A stretch of DNA of 37,449 nt from sequence record SRR31156797_7348, one strand, 5' to 3'. A model generated the notes under the pieces. It had not been told where the DNA came from and ran no database searches. It was given only the letters and a program-made list of their open reading frames with translations. Positions within the stretch are counted from its first letter, which is position 1; each line of letters begins with the position of its first letter. Positions 29,700-37,449 of the stretch are shown here, in pieces. Position numbers and translations under genes: made by a program.

Positions 29700-30785
29700 T
29701 TAGTCTGGCAGATTCAATACTTTGCTATGCTGGATCAACTGCTCAAACAACCCTTTCGACTCATGATGAAACGCCGTAAGTCGTTCTTGGTATTGCTTGA
29801 TCTCTTGACGGATTTTCATCACTTCCATCGATGCTTCTGAAATGATTTTGTGAGCTTCATTTTCCGCCACTTGACGTCTTCTGTCGGCTTCCAGTTCTGC
29901 TTCAGCAGCGGTTTCCCGTGCTTTTTCTTTTGCTTCGATCAAAATCGTCGCCAGCTCGTCCTTCATTTGTTCGACCTTAGCCAGTTCACGTTCCAAGTCA
30001 CGCTGTAAAACATTCTTATCTGCCAGTTGTTCGACTCTTGAACGTTCAAGATCCCGATATTTCGCTTCCGCTTCTTGCAAGCGCAAGTTCAACTGTTGAT
30101 TTTCATTTTCAAGCGAAGTGATCCGCCGCATGCTTTCGACTTCTTTTAATTTGTAGTTTTCGATTATCGCCGCTTTTTCTTCTAAATGAATCGCTTTTTC
30201 TTCAAAAGCTTGGACTTGTTTGCTTTTCTCTTCTAATTCTTTTAGTAATTCATCTTCTCTTTGACGCAATTGTTCGAGCTCTTCTTCTACTTCGATCAAT
30301 TCGTCTTCTTGACTCGTCAACTGCTCAATTTCTTGCTCATAATTGGTTTTGAGGGCTTCTTGTTGACGTTCTGCTTCTTTTAACTGCTGCTGCAACTCGT
30401 TGTAGCGCATTTGCAGCTGCTTGTTTTCATAAATGATACTTTCTTGTTGCGTCGCTTGCGAAGCCATCCGATTGATGGATTCTTGTTTGTTTTCCAATTG
30501 CTTGGTCAAATGTTCGACGGTCTTGGTCAGTTGTGAAACGGTATTTTCTAATGCCAGCAGCTCTTCTTGGGCATCATCGTCATACTCGTCTTCCTCGTAT
30601 TCTTCATCCCCGTACTCATCGTCCTCGTACTCGTCGTCATCATATTCTTCATCGTCATACTCATCGTCATCATATTCTTCATCATCGTACTCGTCTTCGT
30701 CGTACTCTTCTTCATCATATTCCTCGTCGTAGACATGAACGCCTTCGTAAGTTTCTTCATCTTTCTTTTTGCGAAATAATGCCAT
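29700..30785 (-). CDS. Coiled-coil protein with acidic Tyr repeat and DivIVA-like C-terminal region; first gene of the pilus cluster
   Basis: RBS AGGAGG; long heptad pattern; LATILIEAKEKARETAAEAELEA...EAHKIISEA resembles the DivIVA C-terminal coil. Confidence 0.75.
   Translation of the reverse strand: MALFRKKKDEETYEGVHVYDEEYDEEEYDEDEYDDEEYDDDEYDDEEYDDDEYEDDEYGDEEYEEDEYDDDAQEELLALENTVSQLTKTVEHLTKQLENKQESINRMASQATQQESIIYENKQLQMRYNELQQQLKEAERQQEALKTNYEQEIEQLTSQEDELIEVEEELEQLRQREDELLKELEEKSKQVQAFEEKAIHLEEKAAIIENYKLKEVESMRRITSLENENQQLNLRLQEAEAKYRDLERSRVEQLADKNVLQRDLERELAKVEQMKDELATILIEAKEKARETAAEAELEADRRRQVAENEAHKIISEASMEVMKIRQEIKQYQERLTAFHHESKGLFEQLIQHSKVLNLPD
30573..30732 (-). repeat. 15-bp coding tandem repeat encoding [D/E]4-Y pentapeptides
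   Basis: VYDEEY-DEEEY-DEDEY-DDEEY-DDDEY-DDEEY-DDDEY-EDDEY-GDEEY-EEDEY-DDD. Confidence 0.9.
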
Positions 30786-31348
30786 GTTACCCCTCCTGAT
30801 TCCTCACTCATCGATGATTTGATTCGTTGAACAATTTAATGTGTCTACAAATTGGTCTGCTTGTTCGTCTGCTTTCGTGAAAAGTTGCACTTTCGCAGTT
30901 CTATCCGCGGTCGTTCTTTCAAACGAGCTGACGTTTCTGCTGTGACCTTTTGAGCAGTGATGTCCGTTTCCTTCTTGCCATCATTCGTTCAAAAAAAGAA
31001 AGCAAAAACCACCACACCCCTTGATTTTCACGACCTCCATTTATTTTGGAGGATAGAAATCAAGTCAGTGAATCGGCCTGTTTCTCAATAAAATAGCCAT
31101 TAAACGAAAAGACGGCTTCCGTTCGCAGAACATCTGTTGTCTATTTGATAGTATCAAAGCAAAAACAGATTGAAAAATCAGATATTTCTTCACTTGATGA
31201 AATATCTGTCAGAGCAAGTCGGTTATCCACATGATATTGTTAAAAATTGAGCAAAATATCCTCGTATTAAGGAAACGAATGGTCTTCTTTAAACGATCTT
31301 TATCTTAAATCAACAATCACGCCTTCCTAACCGCCGATCAATCCCCTC

Positions 31349-31386
31349 AAAAAAAATCAGCGACCTTATAAGCCAAGGTCGCTGAT
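31349..31386 (-). terminator. Intrinsic terminator (minus strand)
   Basis: TCAGCGACCTT-N7-AAGGTCGCTGA with A8 on + strand (U8 on minus). Confidence 0.75.
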
Positions 31387-31576
31387 CGATTCTTTACCTA
31401 TTATATAGTTTTACTGCTCAGTCATCTTTCATCTATTGGAAGCGATCCCTTTTCTCTCAGTTTGAAAGCCGGTTCCTGTCTACCGATCCGCAACTGTAAG
31501 TTTTTTTCTCCCTAATGGGCTGCTCTTCTCTTGCCTTCAAAAAAAGAAAGAACCGTTTCTTGAAAATCAGTTTTCT

Positions 31577-32305
31577 TTAAACGAACAACTTTTTATGCAT
31601 GTATAATGTCGCCATCCGATAATCATAATGGATCATCGAAAAGGCTAATAGCTCCCCATTTCTCAGATAGCTGTCGTCTCGTACGATCAGTGCGGGCATG
31701 CCTTCTTCTAGATGAAAAAACGCAGCTTGTTCCTGTGATAGCGGTTTGCTTTGAATGAACTTGTCGATGAAGGCGACTGTCAGTTGTTTTTCTTCTGCCA
31801 AAGCTTGGAACATTGACCCCTCCATCATTGTTTCGGAGATCTCCCCTACGATTTCAGGTATATAATAGGAACGCTCAATCAAATACGGTTTGTCATCTAG
31901 CGTGCGAAACCGTTGGACTTCGATAAAGTGCTGATCTTTCGCAAATTGTTTTTGGCTTGGGAGAAACAACGCCTCTGATACTTTGACCAGTCGCTTTGAG
32001 GCTTTGACCGTTCGAATGTTTTTCTCGCCCCGGGTCAAGTCTTCATTGAAGCCAAGATCTCCTTGTTCAATGGTCGGTTTTTGGTTGTTATGAAAACGAA
32101 TATACGAGCCGCGGCCTTGCATCTGGTAGATCCAGCCCATCTTGCTCAACTTATTGAGGGCTTGGCGTAACGTATAACGAGAAACTGGATAAATTGCCAA
32201 AAGCTCTCGTTCACTAGGCATCTTCCCCTGCTCATTTCCAATGTCACCGGCTTCGATCTTTCTGATCAATTCTGCTGCTAAGTCTTCAATACTGAGTTTC
32301 GTCAT
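31577..32305 (-). CDS. GntR (HutC/UTRA) transcriptional regulator
   Basis: MPSEREL...VSRYTLRQAL...QGRGSYI HTH; C-terminal UTRA domain. Confidence 0.9.
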   Translation of the reverse strand: MTKLSIEDLAAELIRKIEAGDIGNEQGKMPSERELLAIYPVSRYTLRQALNKLSKMGWIYQMQGRGSYIRFHNNQKPTIEQGDLGFNEDLTRGEKNIRTVKASKRLVKVSEALFLPSQKQFAKDQHFIEVQRFRTLDDKPYLIERSYYIPEIVGEISETMMEGSMFQALAEEKQLTVAFIDKFIQSKPLSQEQAAFFHLEEGMPALIVRDDSYLRNGELLAFSMIHYDYRMATLYMHKKLFV

Positions 32306-32356
32306 CTGCCTACTCCTTTCCTTGCGATTCTCTACTACTATTATCGTCTTTGGCGT

Positions 32357-32388
32357 AAAAAAAGCCAGCTATTTTTCATAGCCGGCTT
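32357..32388 (-). terminator. Intrinsic terminator after PTS IIC
   Basis: Minus strand AAGCCGGCTAT-GAAAA-ATAGCTGGCTT followed by a U-tract. Confidence 0.75.
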
Positions 32389-32406
32389 ATCAAAAAAACG
32401 GATAGA

Positions 32407-33762
32407 TTATGCCTTCGTTGCGTTTGCTTGTTCGTCCTTGTATAATTTGCCATCATACATTTTGATGAATGGGAACCAAATCAAGAAAGCAACGACTGCA
32501 CAGATGATTGCTAAGACAAAGGCACGCCAGTCACCACCTGAACCAATAAAGCCGGATAAGCCAATTGGGGTCGGCCACGCTACTTGGGCAATCGGTGGGT
32601 TAACAAAGCCTAAGTTGATGCCAAAATAAGCAACGGACATTGAAACCATCGGTGCTAAGAAGAATGGGATCGCTGTGTACGGGTTGTATACCACTGGCAT
32701 CCCGAACAAAATCGGTTCATTGATATTGAAGAAGGATGGCACGATCGCTGCTTTTCCTAAAGCACTTAACTGCGCTGATTTTGCAAAGAAGGCGATGAAA
32801 ATCACCATTCCTAACGTCGCTCCTGAACCACCGATCGTTACGAAACTATTGTTAAACTCACCCGCAAAGGCAATGTTGGCACCATTTTGGTTTTCCACCA
32901 TATTCGACAATACGATTGGCGTCAAGAATGAGGTCACGATCGTTGCCCCATGAATACCCACGATCCAGAGCGCATGCATGAAGAAGTAGATAACAAGTAG
33001 TCCGACCCAGGTACTGGTCAATTGCGTCACGAAACTAAAAGGAATCGCAATGACTTTGAAAATATCTGTGCCCATTGCGACTAATGCACCATTGATGACG
33101 ATTACAGCTAATGAAGTCAGTGCCGTTGGGATCAATGCTGTAAAAGAGGAAGATACTCCTGTTGGCACTGTGTCAGGCATTTTGATGACAATATTGCGTT
33201 TCACACAGAATGCGTAGATTTTTACGGCAATAATCGCCATGATGATCGCTGTAAAGATCCCAGTTGTTCCTAAACGAGTCACCCCGCCAGCCATTTCCCA
33301 ACCATCGATGATTTTTTGGTCATCAGAAATGACATTGACTAATGTTGCCATACCGCCTTCAAAAACTAATTGTGGCAAGCACATAAAGAACGCCATCATT
33401 GAAAGCAACGCGCCATTGACTGGGCTAAGAACGATTTTTTCTTCTTGTGCTTGGATTTTGGTGTACTCGTAACCAAACACGACACAGAAGTAAAGTGCTA
33501 AAATCCCCATCGTTGCGGTATTACCTAACATGTAAAGATTTTGGATCTTATCGAATGACGCACTCCAAATGCCCTCTAATGCAGGGAAGCTTTGTGGTAA
33601 AACGCTGACGATCAAGAACATTGATCCTACAATAGTGAAAGGAATCGACGCCATCCCGGCTGCCATGACCCCACGAACGATCCGTAATTGTGAGATTTTC
33701 CCCATTGGACCCATTAAGTAGCGGTCCAAGAAGGCAAACATTTTGTTATTTTCTGAATCCAT
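32407..33762 (-). CDS. celB: PTS cellobiose/lactose-family IIC component
   Basis: IPFTIVGSMF, LWIVGIHG, IGGSGATLG, FNINEPILFGMPVVYNP, WPTP; ATG 33762 after AAGGAGG. Confidence 0.88.
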   Translation of the reverse strand: MDSENNKMFAFLDRYLMGPMGKISQLRIVRGVMAAGMASIPFTIVGSMFLIVSVLPQSFPALEGIWSASFDKIQNLYMLGNTATMGILALYFCVVFGYEYTKIQAQEEKIVLSPVNGALLSMMAFFMCLPQLVFEGGMATLVNVISDDQKIIDGWEMAGGVTRLGTTGIFTAIIMAIIAVKIYAFCVKRNIVIKMPDTVPTGVSSSFTALIPTALTSLAVIVINGALVAMGTDIFKVIAIPFSFVTQLTSTWVGLLVIYFFMHALWIVGIHGATIVTSFLTPIVLSNMVENQNGANIAFAGEFNNSFVTIGGSGATLGMVIFIAFFAKSAQLSALGKAAIVPSFFNINEPILFGMPVVYNPYTAIPFFLAPMVSMSVAYFGINLGFVNPPIAQVAWPTPIGLSGFIGSGGDWRAFVLAIICAVVAFLIWFPFIKMYDGKLYKDEQANATKA

Positions 33763-34258
33763 TGACTGTTCCTCCTTGAGTTTCAAATGTAGTCAAATAC
33801 GTGAAATATTTGTCGCGGTCATGCTCGATCAACCACGCTTTACGCTGGATGAACAGGCACGCGATCATGCCGGCAGTAAACAAGGCAAGTAAGATGCCTC
33901 TACCCGATTGATTCATAAAAGGAATCAATGTTGCTTGCTGTCCGATCAAAATAAATAGAATTGCAATCAGATTGACACCGAATTGGAGCCAATATCCGAT
34001 TTTTGTCACCAGTAAACGATTCGATTGCTGCCAATATTTTTGAGTTTGTTCAATAAGTATAAGTCCATCAACGATCAATAAGGCAATGGGAATCAAACCA
34101 GCCCATGTCCATTGAGACAGACTCAATAGGGTCCAATAAAGATTGACAAAGAAAAAGATCGCAGTCATATAACGAAAAAGTAAAAAACGATTAAACCGCA
34201 TACTTTTGTTTGCATATTCTTTCTTGGCTGCTTGGGTTACCGGTTTCCTTTTGGTCAC
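33746..34258 (-). CDS. Four-TM membrane protein associated with cellobiose PTS loci
   Basis: FNRFLLFRYMTAIFFFVNLYW; GTG 34258 after GGAGGAGG; overlaps the IIC start. Confidence 0.75.
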   Translation of the reverse strand: MTKRKPVTQAAKKEYANKSMRFNRFLLFRYMTAIFFFVNLYWTLLSLSQWTWAGLIPIALLIVDGLILIEQTQKYWQQSNRLLVTKIGYWLQFGVNLIAILFILIGQQATLIPFMNQSGRGILLALFTAGMIACLFIQRKAWLIEHDRDKYFTYLTTFETQGGTVNGFRK

Positions 34259-34292
34259 AAGTCCTCCTCCTTTCTTTTTGCTTTCGCTCAAC

Positions 34293-34349
34293 AACTTGTT
34301 CGAACAAGTTATATTCTAGCAGAATTCTTGTTGAATGCAACCGATTTCT
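34293..34349 (-). promoter_or_regulatory. Promoter of the PTS unit with palindromic operator and cre-like site
   Basis: -35 TTGCAT (34335-34340), TGcTAGAAT -10 (34313-34321), palindrome AACTTGTTCGAACAAGTT (34293-34310), cre-like AGAAATCGGTTGCA (34336-34349). Confidence 0.65.
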
Positions 34350-34675
34350 TTTTGAAAGTATTCTCTGAAAATAACCTGCTTTTTCATTTGTTATTTCTGA
34401 AAAGTTAAGCTGATCTCAAGGAACCGTGCAGATAATACTGGAATGTTCCTGATGTTTGGCTTTTGTTCGAGCAGAAAAAAAGTTGTTTTTAGCGTTACTT
34501 TTTGCAAAAAATGTTTGTTTCTGAAGGCTTTATCCCCCATGCAAGGCAACAGGTTTGTCAACTTACTAACTTTACAGTACACTCTAAGTAACAAAATAGT
34601 TGATTTCAAACATGCGTTATTTTTATTAATCGACATTGCCTGTACTCGTTCCTTAAAACGAAAGGAGATCTCCCA

Positions 34676-35044
34676 ATGGATGTATTAGAAACTTACTTAA
34701 CCAGCATTGAAGATCCAGTAAAACAAGAAAAACTGCGTGCCTTATTTGCCGCTATTACCAAGAAATTTCCTGACCTCGTTCCAGTCATTAAATGGAATCA
34801 GCCGATGTTCACCGCACATGAAACCTTTATTATCGGTTTCAGCGTTTCAAAACCGCACTTTTCTGTCTCTCCAGAAACCAAGTGTCTTGAACAGTTTATC
34901 GATGCCATTGAAAAAGCTGGCTACAGCCATACGGATAACATTTTTCGCATCAAGTGGACTGAGCCGATCGATCAAGCATTGATTGAAGACATGATCGCTT
35001 TCAACCTGAAAGACAAAGCGGAGATGACCCGCTTTTGGCGCTGA
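34676..35044 (+). CDS. DUF1801 (YdhG-like iron chaperone) protein
   Basis: IKWNQPMFT.H.TFIIGFS.SK.HFSVSPE and C-terminal FWR. Confidence 0.85.
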   Translation: MDVLETYLTSIEDPVKQEKLRALFAAITKKFPDLVPVIKWNQPMFTAHETFIIGFSVSKPHFSVSPETKCLEQFIDAIEKAGYSHTDNIFRIKWTEPIDQALIEDMIAFNLKDKAEMTRFWR

Positions 35045-35076
35045 GCCAATTGAGACTTCGTAAAAGAATAGCAACC

Positions 35077-35114
35077 AAAAAATCCGCAGAAGCCTGTTCG
35101 TTTCTGCGGATTTT
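35077..35114. terminator. Bidirectional intrinsic terminator
   Basis: AAAATCCGCAGAA...TTCTGCGGATTTT between convergent genes. Confidence 0.8.
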
Positions 35115-35121
35115 CTGACTA

Positions 35122-36462
35122 TTATAAGCCCAATTCTGGTGCCGGATCAAAGAATCCTGACCATAAGCTTGTTGACATCCCTAAATGTAGATGGACGCCA
35201 GTTGAATTTCCAGTCGTTCCCATACCGCCTACATATTGTCTAGCTGAGACGCTTTGTCCGACCGAGACAGCTGGCAGTGTACTAAAGTGCATGTAGTAGC
35301 TGTAAATGCCATTGGCATGTTTGATGATCACATAGTTACCAGTTGACGGACCATAGCCCGCTTCGACAACTTCGCCTGCTTGAATCGCATAGATCGGTGT
35401 TCCTGTCCCCCCGGTAAAGTCGATGCCATTATGTTGATTTCCTGATGCCCCTGTTGGATCTGTTCGATACCCAAAACGACTCGAAATATGAACCGAATCG
35501 ACTGGCATTTGCCATCCACCTGTGCTTGCTTGTTCTTTTGGCTCAGTTGCTTGCTGCACAGGTGCAGGAGTAGCTGCAGTTTTTTCTGGAGCCACCGATG
35601 TTTCTGGTGCCACTGCTGCTTCCGTCTTCGGCTGTGCTGCTGCCACTGCTGCTTGTTGAACGGCAGGATTTTCAGCAGTTTTAGCTGACTCGGCTTCTGC
35701 TGCTTGCTGGCGTTTTGCTGCTTCTTCTGCTTCTTTGCGCGCTTTTGCTTCTTGTGCTTCTTGCTCAGCCAGTTGCTTCAACGCTGCTTCTCGTTGCCGT
35801 TTTGCTTCTGCTTGATCCGCTTCCAATCGGTCTTTTTTCTCTTCTTCGGTGTTCAATGCCAAGGCAAGGTCCGCTAGTTCAACTTCTTGATTCAATTTGA
35901 CATCAGCTAATTCCGCTTGTTTTCCTTGCAATGCGCTTGACTGCTCTTCGATCGCAACCAATTGTTCCTGCAACTCTTTTTCCAATTTCTGGCTCATTGC
36001 GATATCTTCTTGCTGTTGTTCGACGATGCTATTGCTGGCATTCATGATCGTTACTGAAGCAATCGCCCGTTGAATGGCTTCTCCGATGGATTCAGCATCA
36101 ACGATTTTTTGGAACAACCGATTGGAAGGTTCCGACGTTTGAATGTCACGCGCTTGATTCGCCAGTACCTCTGTGCGCTTGATGATTTTTTCTTCAAGGA
36201 CTTGGATCTCTTGTGCCAAGGCATTGACTTCTTCTTCCGTCGTCGTTTTCTTTTGTAGGATTGCTTGGATTTCTCCTTCAATCGATTGAATCTCTGCCTC
36301 TGTGGATCGTTTCAGTGATTCTAATGAGGTAGATTCATTTTTTATGTCACTGATTTTTTCATTTTGCTGCTGGATCTTCTGATCAAAGCTGTCTGCGGAT
36401 ACCGTCACGACAGGCAGCGTCAGCAAAACAAGTGAACTTGCAACCAAAAGTGTCTTTTTCAT
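35122..36462 (-). CDS. Secreted PcsB/CwlO-type coiled-coil protein with C-terminal M23 peptidase
   Basis: Sec signal (VSA|D), long coiled coil, Ala/Pro linker, M23 motifs HNGID and TGNSTGVHLH. Confidence 0.88.
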   Translation of the reverse strand: MKKTLLVASSLVLLTLPVVTVSADSFDQKIQQQNEKISDIKNESTSLESLKRSTEAEIQSIEGEIQAILQKKTTTEEEVNALAQEIQVLEEKIIKRTEVLANQARDIQTSEPSNRLFQKIVDAESIGEAIQRAIASVTIMNASNSIVEQQQEDIAMSQKLEKELQEQLVAIEEQSSALQGKQAELADVKLNQEVELADLALALNTEEEKKDRLEADQAEAKRQREAALKQLAEQEAQEAKARKEAEEAAKRQQAAEAESAKTAENPAVQQAAVAAAQPKTEAAVAPETSVAPEKTAATPAPVQQATEPKEQASTGGWQMPVDSVHISSRFGYRTDPTGASGNQHNGIDFTGGTGTPIYAIQAGEVVEAGYGPSTGNYVIIKHANGIYSYYMHFSTLPAVSVGQSVSARQYVGGMGTTGNSTGVHLHLGMSTSLWSGFFDPAPELGL

Positions 36463-36744
36463 TTTTTCTCCTTAACTAGATGTGTTTTATCGCTTTCTCT
36501 AGCATACCGAAAGATTTCATTCTTGGGGCTGTTTTCACACAAATAACATCTGGCTGCAAGAAATTGACATCTAGCTGAAACAAAATTGTTAGAATATTTC
36601 AACGAAAAAGATTGCTTTTCTTCGTCATTTAACCTTCGTTACTTATCAAGCGGTTCGTCTCCTGACCGATTGTCTACGAAAGTGCCGCGATTCGCAGCAA
36701 TCAGTACTGGACCTATGCTATACTGAATAAAAACGGAGGTTCTC

Positions 36745-37176
36745 ATGATACAACAAGTGACCCAATTTACTGATTCTGAATTAGAAACCATCGCCCAGAT
36801 TTGGCTGCAAAGTAATTTGGATGCCCATGACTTTATTTCGGCTGCCCATTGGCAAGATAACTATGATTTTGTGAAAAAAGCCTTCTCTGATGCCCTTATT
36901 TACACCTATTCGGTGGATGATCAGCCCGTCGGCTTCATCGGGATGTTGGGTGATTATATCGCTGGTATTTTCGTTTTGAAAGACTATCGTGCCCACGGCA
37001 TTGGCAAGCAGCTTTTACAAAAAGCACAAGCAGAACACGAGAAGCTGACTCTGAATGTCTACCAAAAAAATACAGCTGCTATTGCGTTTTATCTCAAAAA
37101 CGGCTTTACCATCGTTTCTGAACAACTGGATTCTGATACCAATGAAATCGAAAACACCATGGAGTGGCATCGTTGA
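36745..37176 (+). CDS. GNAT family N-acetyltransferase
   Basis: IFVLKDYRAHGIGKQLL acetyl-CoA motif, LNVYQKN..AIAFYLKNGF; RBS GGAGG. Confidence 0.88.
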   Translation: MIQQVTQFTDSELETIAQIWLQSNLDAHDFISAAHWQDNYDFVKKAFSDALIYTYSVDDQPVGFIGMLGDYIAGIFVLKDYRAHGIGKQLLQKAQAEHEKLTLNVYQKNTAAIAFYLKNGFTIVSEQLDSDTNEIENTMEWHR

Positions 37177-37427
37177 TGCTGCTCTTTTTCCTTTTTTTTT
37201 CTACCTGTTAGTTAACGAACCCTTTGGAAACTGTTTAATAAAAAAAGTATAACTGATCAAACAACATATTTCCCAGCAATACATATAGGACAAATATACA
37301 AAATTTGAATGAGCAACATGATTGATTATTTTTCCCTTCGTGCAGTCCCATCTTCCCTTGGATTGGCACTGTCAAATGGTATAAAGCAGTGGATACTATG
37401 GTCATTGATGCAATGAAAGTAAACAGC

Positions 37428-37449
37428 CTCCTCCTAAATTTAGGAGGAG
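37428..37449 (+). promoter_or_regulatory. Perfect 22-bp palindrome sequestering a Shine-Dalgarno of the next gene (outside window)
   Basis: CTCCTCCTAAA|TTTAGGAGGAG. Confidence 0.55.

Noticed and set aside
8100-30785. Pilus cluster as a mobile element or genomic island
   Set aside because: No integrase, transposase, tRNA or flanking direct repeats seen; composition broadly similar to the flanks
30433-30811. Alternative-frame ORFs (poly-Ser/Tyr, His/Arg-rich, hydrophobic, Met/Thr-rich)
   Set aside because: Shadow frames of the 15-bp acidic repeat
31070-31100. Possible SigD promoter (GCCGATTC on the minus strand)
   Set aside because: No TAAA -35 element at the expected spacing
31223-31231. 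Perfect DnaA box TTATCCACA
   Set aside because: Single isolated 9-mer without a cluster or origin context; compatible with chance
34391-34688. Two overlapping 81-aa ORFs in the divergent promoter region
   Set aside because: No RBS or recognisable motifs; AT-rich intergenic sequence
36576-36592. WalR-like box upstream of the M23 gene
   Set aside because: Two mismatches in an AT-rich region; too weak to call
37363-37380. Possible sigma-54 promoter (TTGGCAC)
   Set aside because: Lacks GC at the -12 position (GG-N10-TG)
1-37449. CRISPR arrays, tRNA or rRNA genes
   Set aside because: No regularly spaced repeats or structural RNA signatures seen

Overview
This is a low-GC Firmicute chromosomal window of roughly 40-45% GC by eye. 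Gene content and style suggest Enterococcus, most plausibly the E. casseliflavus/gallinarum group (inference, partly from menG). The left flank carries oppA, a DUF1576 pair, a YxeA/BceAB-type ABC unit and menG. The right flank carries a GntR regulator, a cellobiose-type PTS IIC, a DUF1801 protein, a coiled-coil M23 peptidase and a GNAT. The centre (8100-30785) is a 19-gene minus-strand cluster encoding a complete retractile type IVa pilus machine: PilB, PilT, PilC, major pilin, PilD, PilM/N/O, two minor pilins and a large E5-less PilX/GspK-like pilin. It is distinct from the comG pseudopilus and the sortase pili usually described in enterococci. The cluster also holds unusual accessory genes: a DivIVA-like coiled-coil protein with an acidic [DE]4Y repeat, a GH73 wall hydrolase, an apparently catalytically dead SipW-like peptidase next to a BsaA/TasA-like protein lacking its cleavage site, and a 1347-aa adhesin-like protein. 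Several components carry polybasic tails that could pair with the polyacidic scaffold. All family calls come from motif recognition by eye; no database searches were run.
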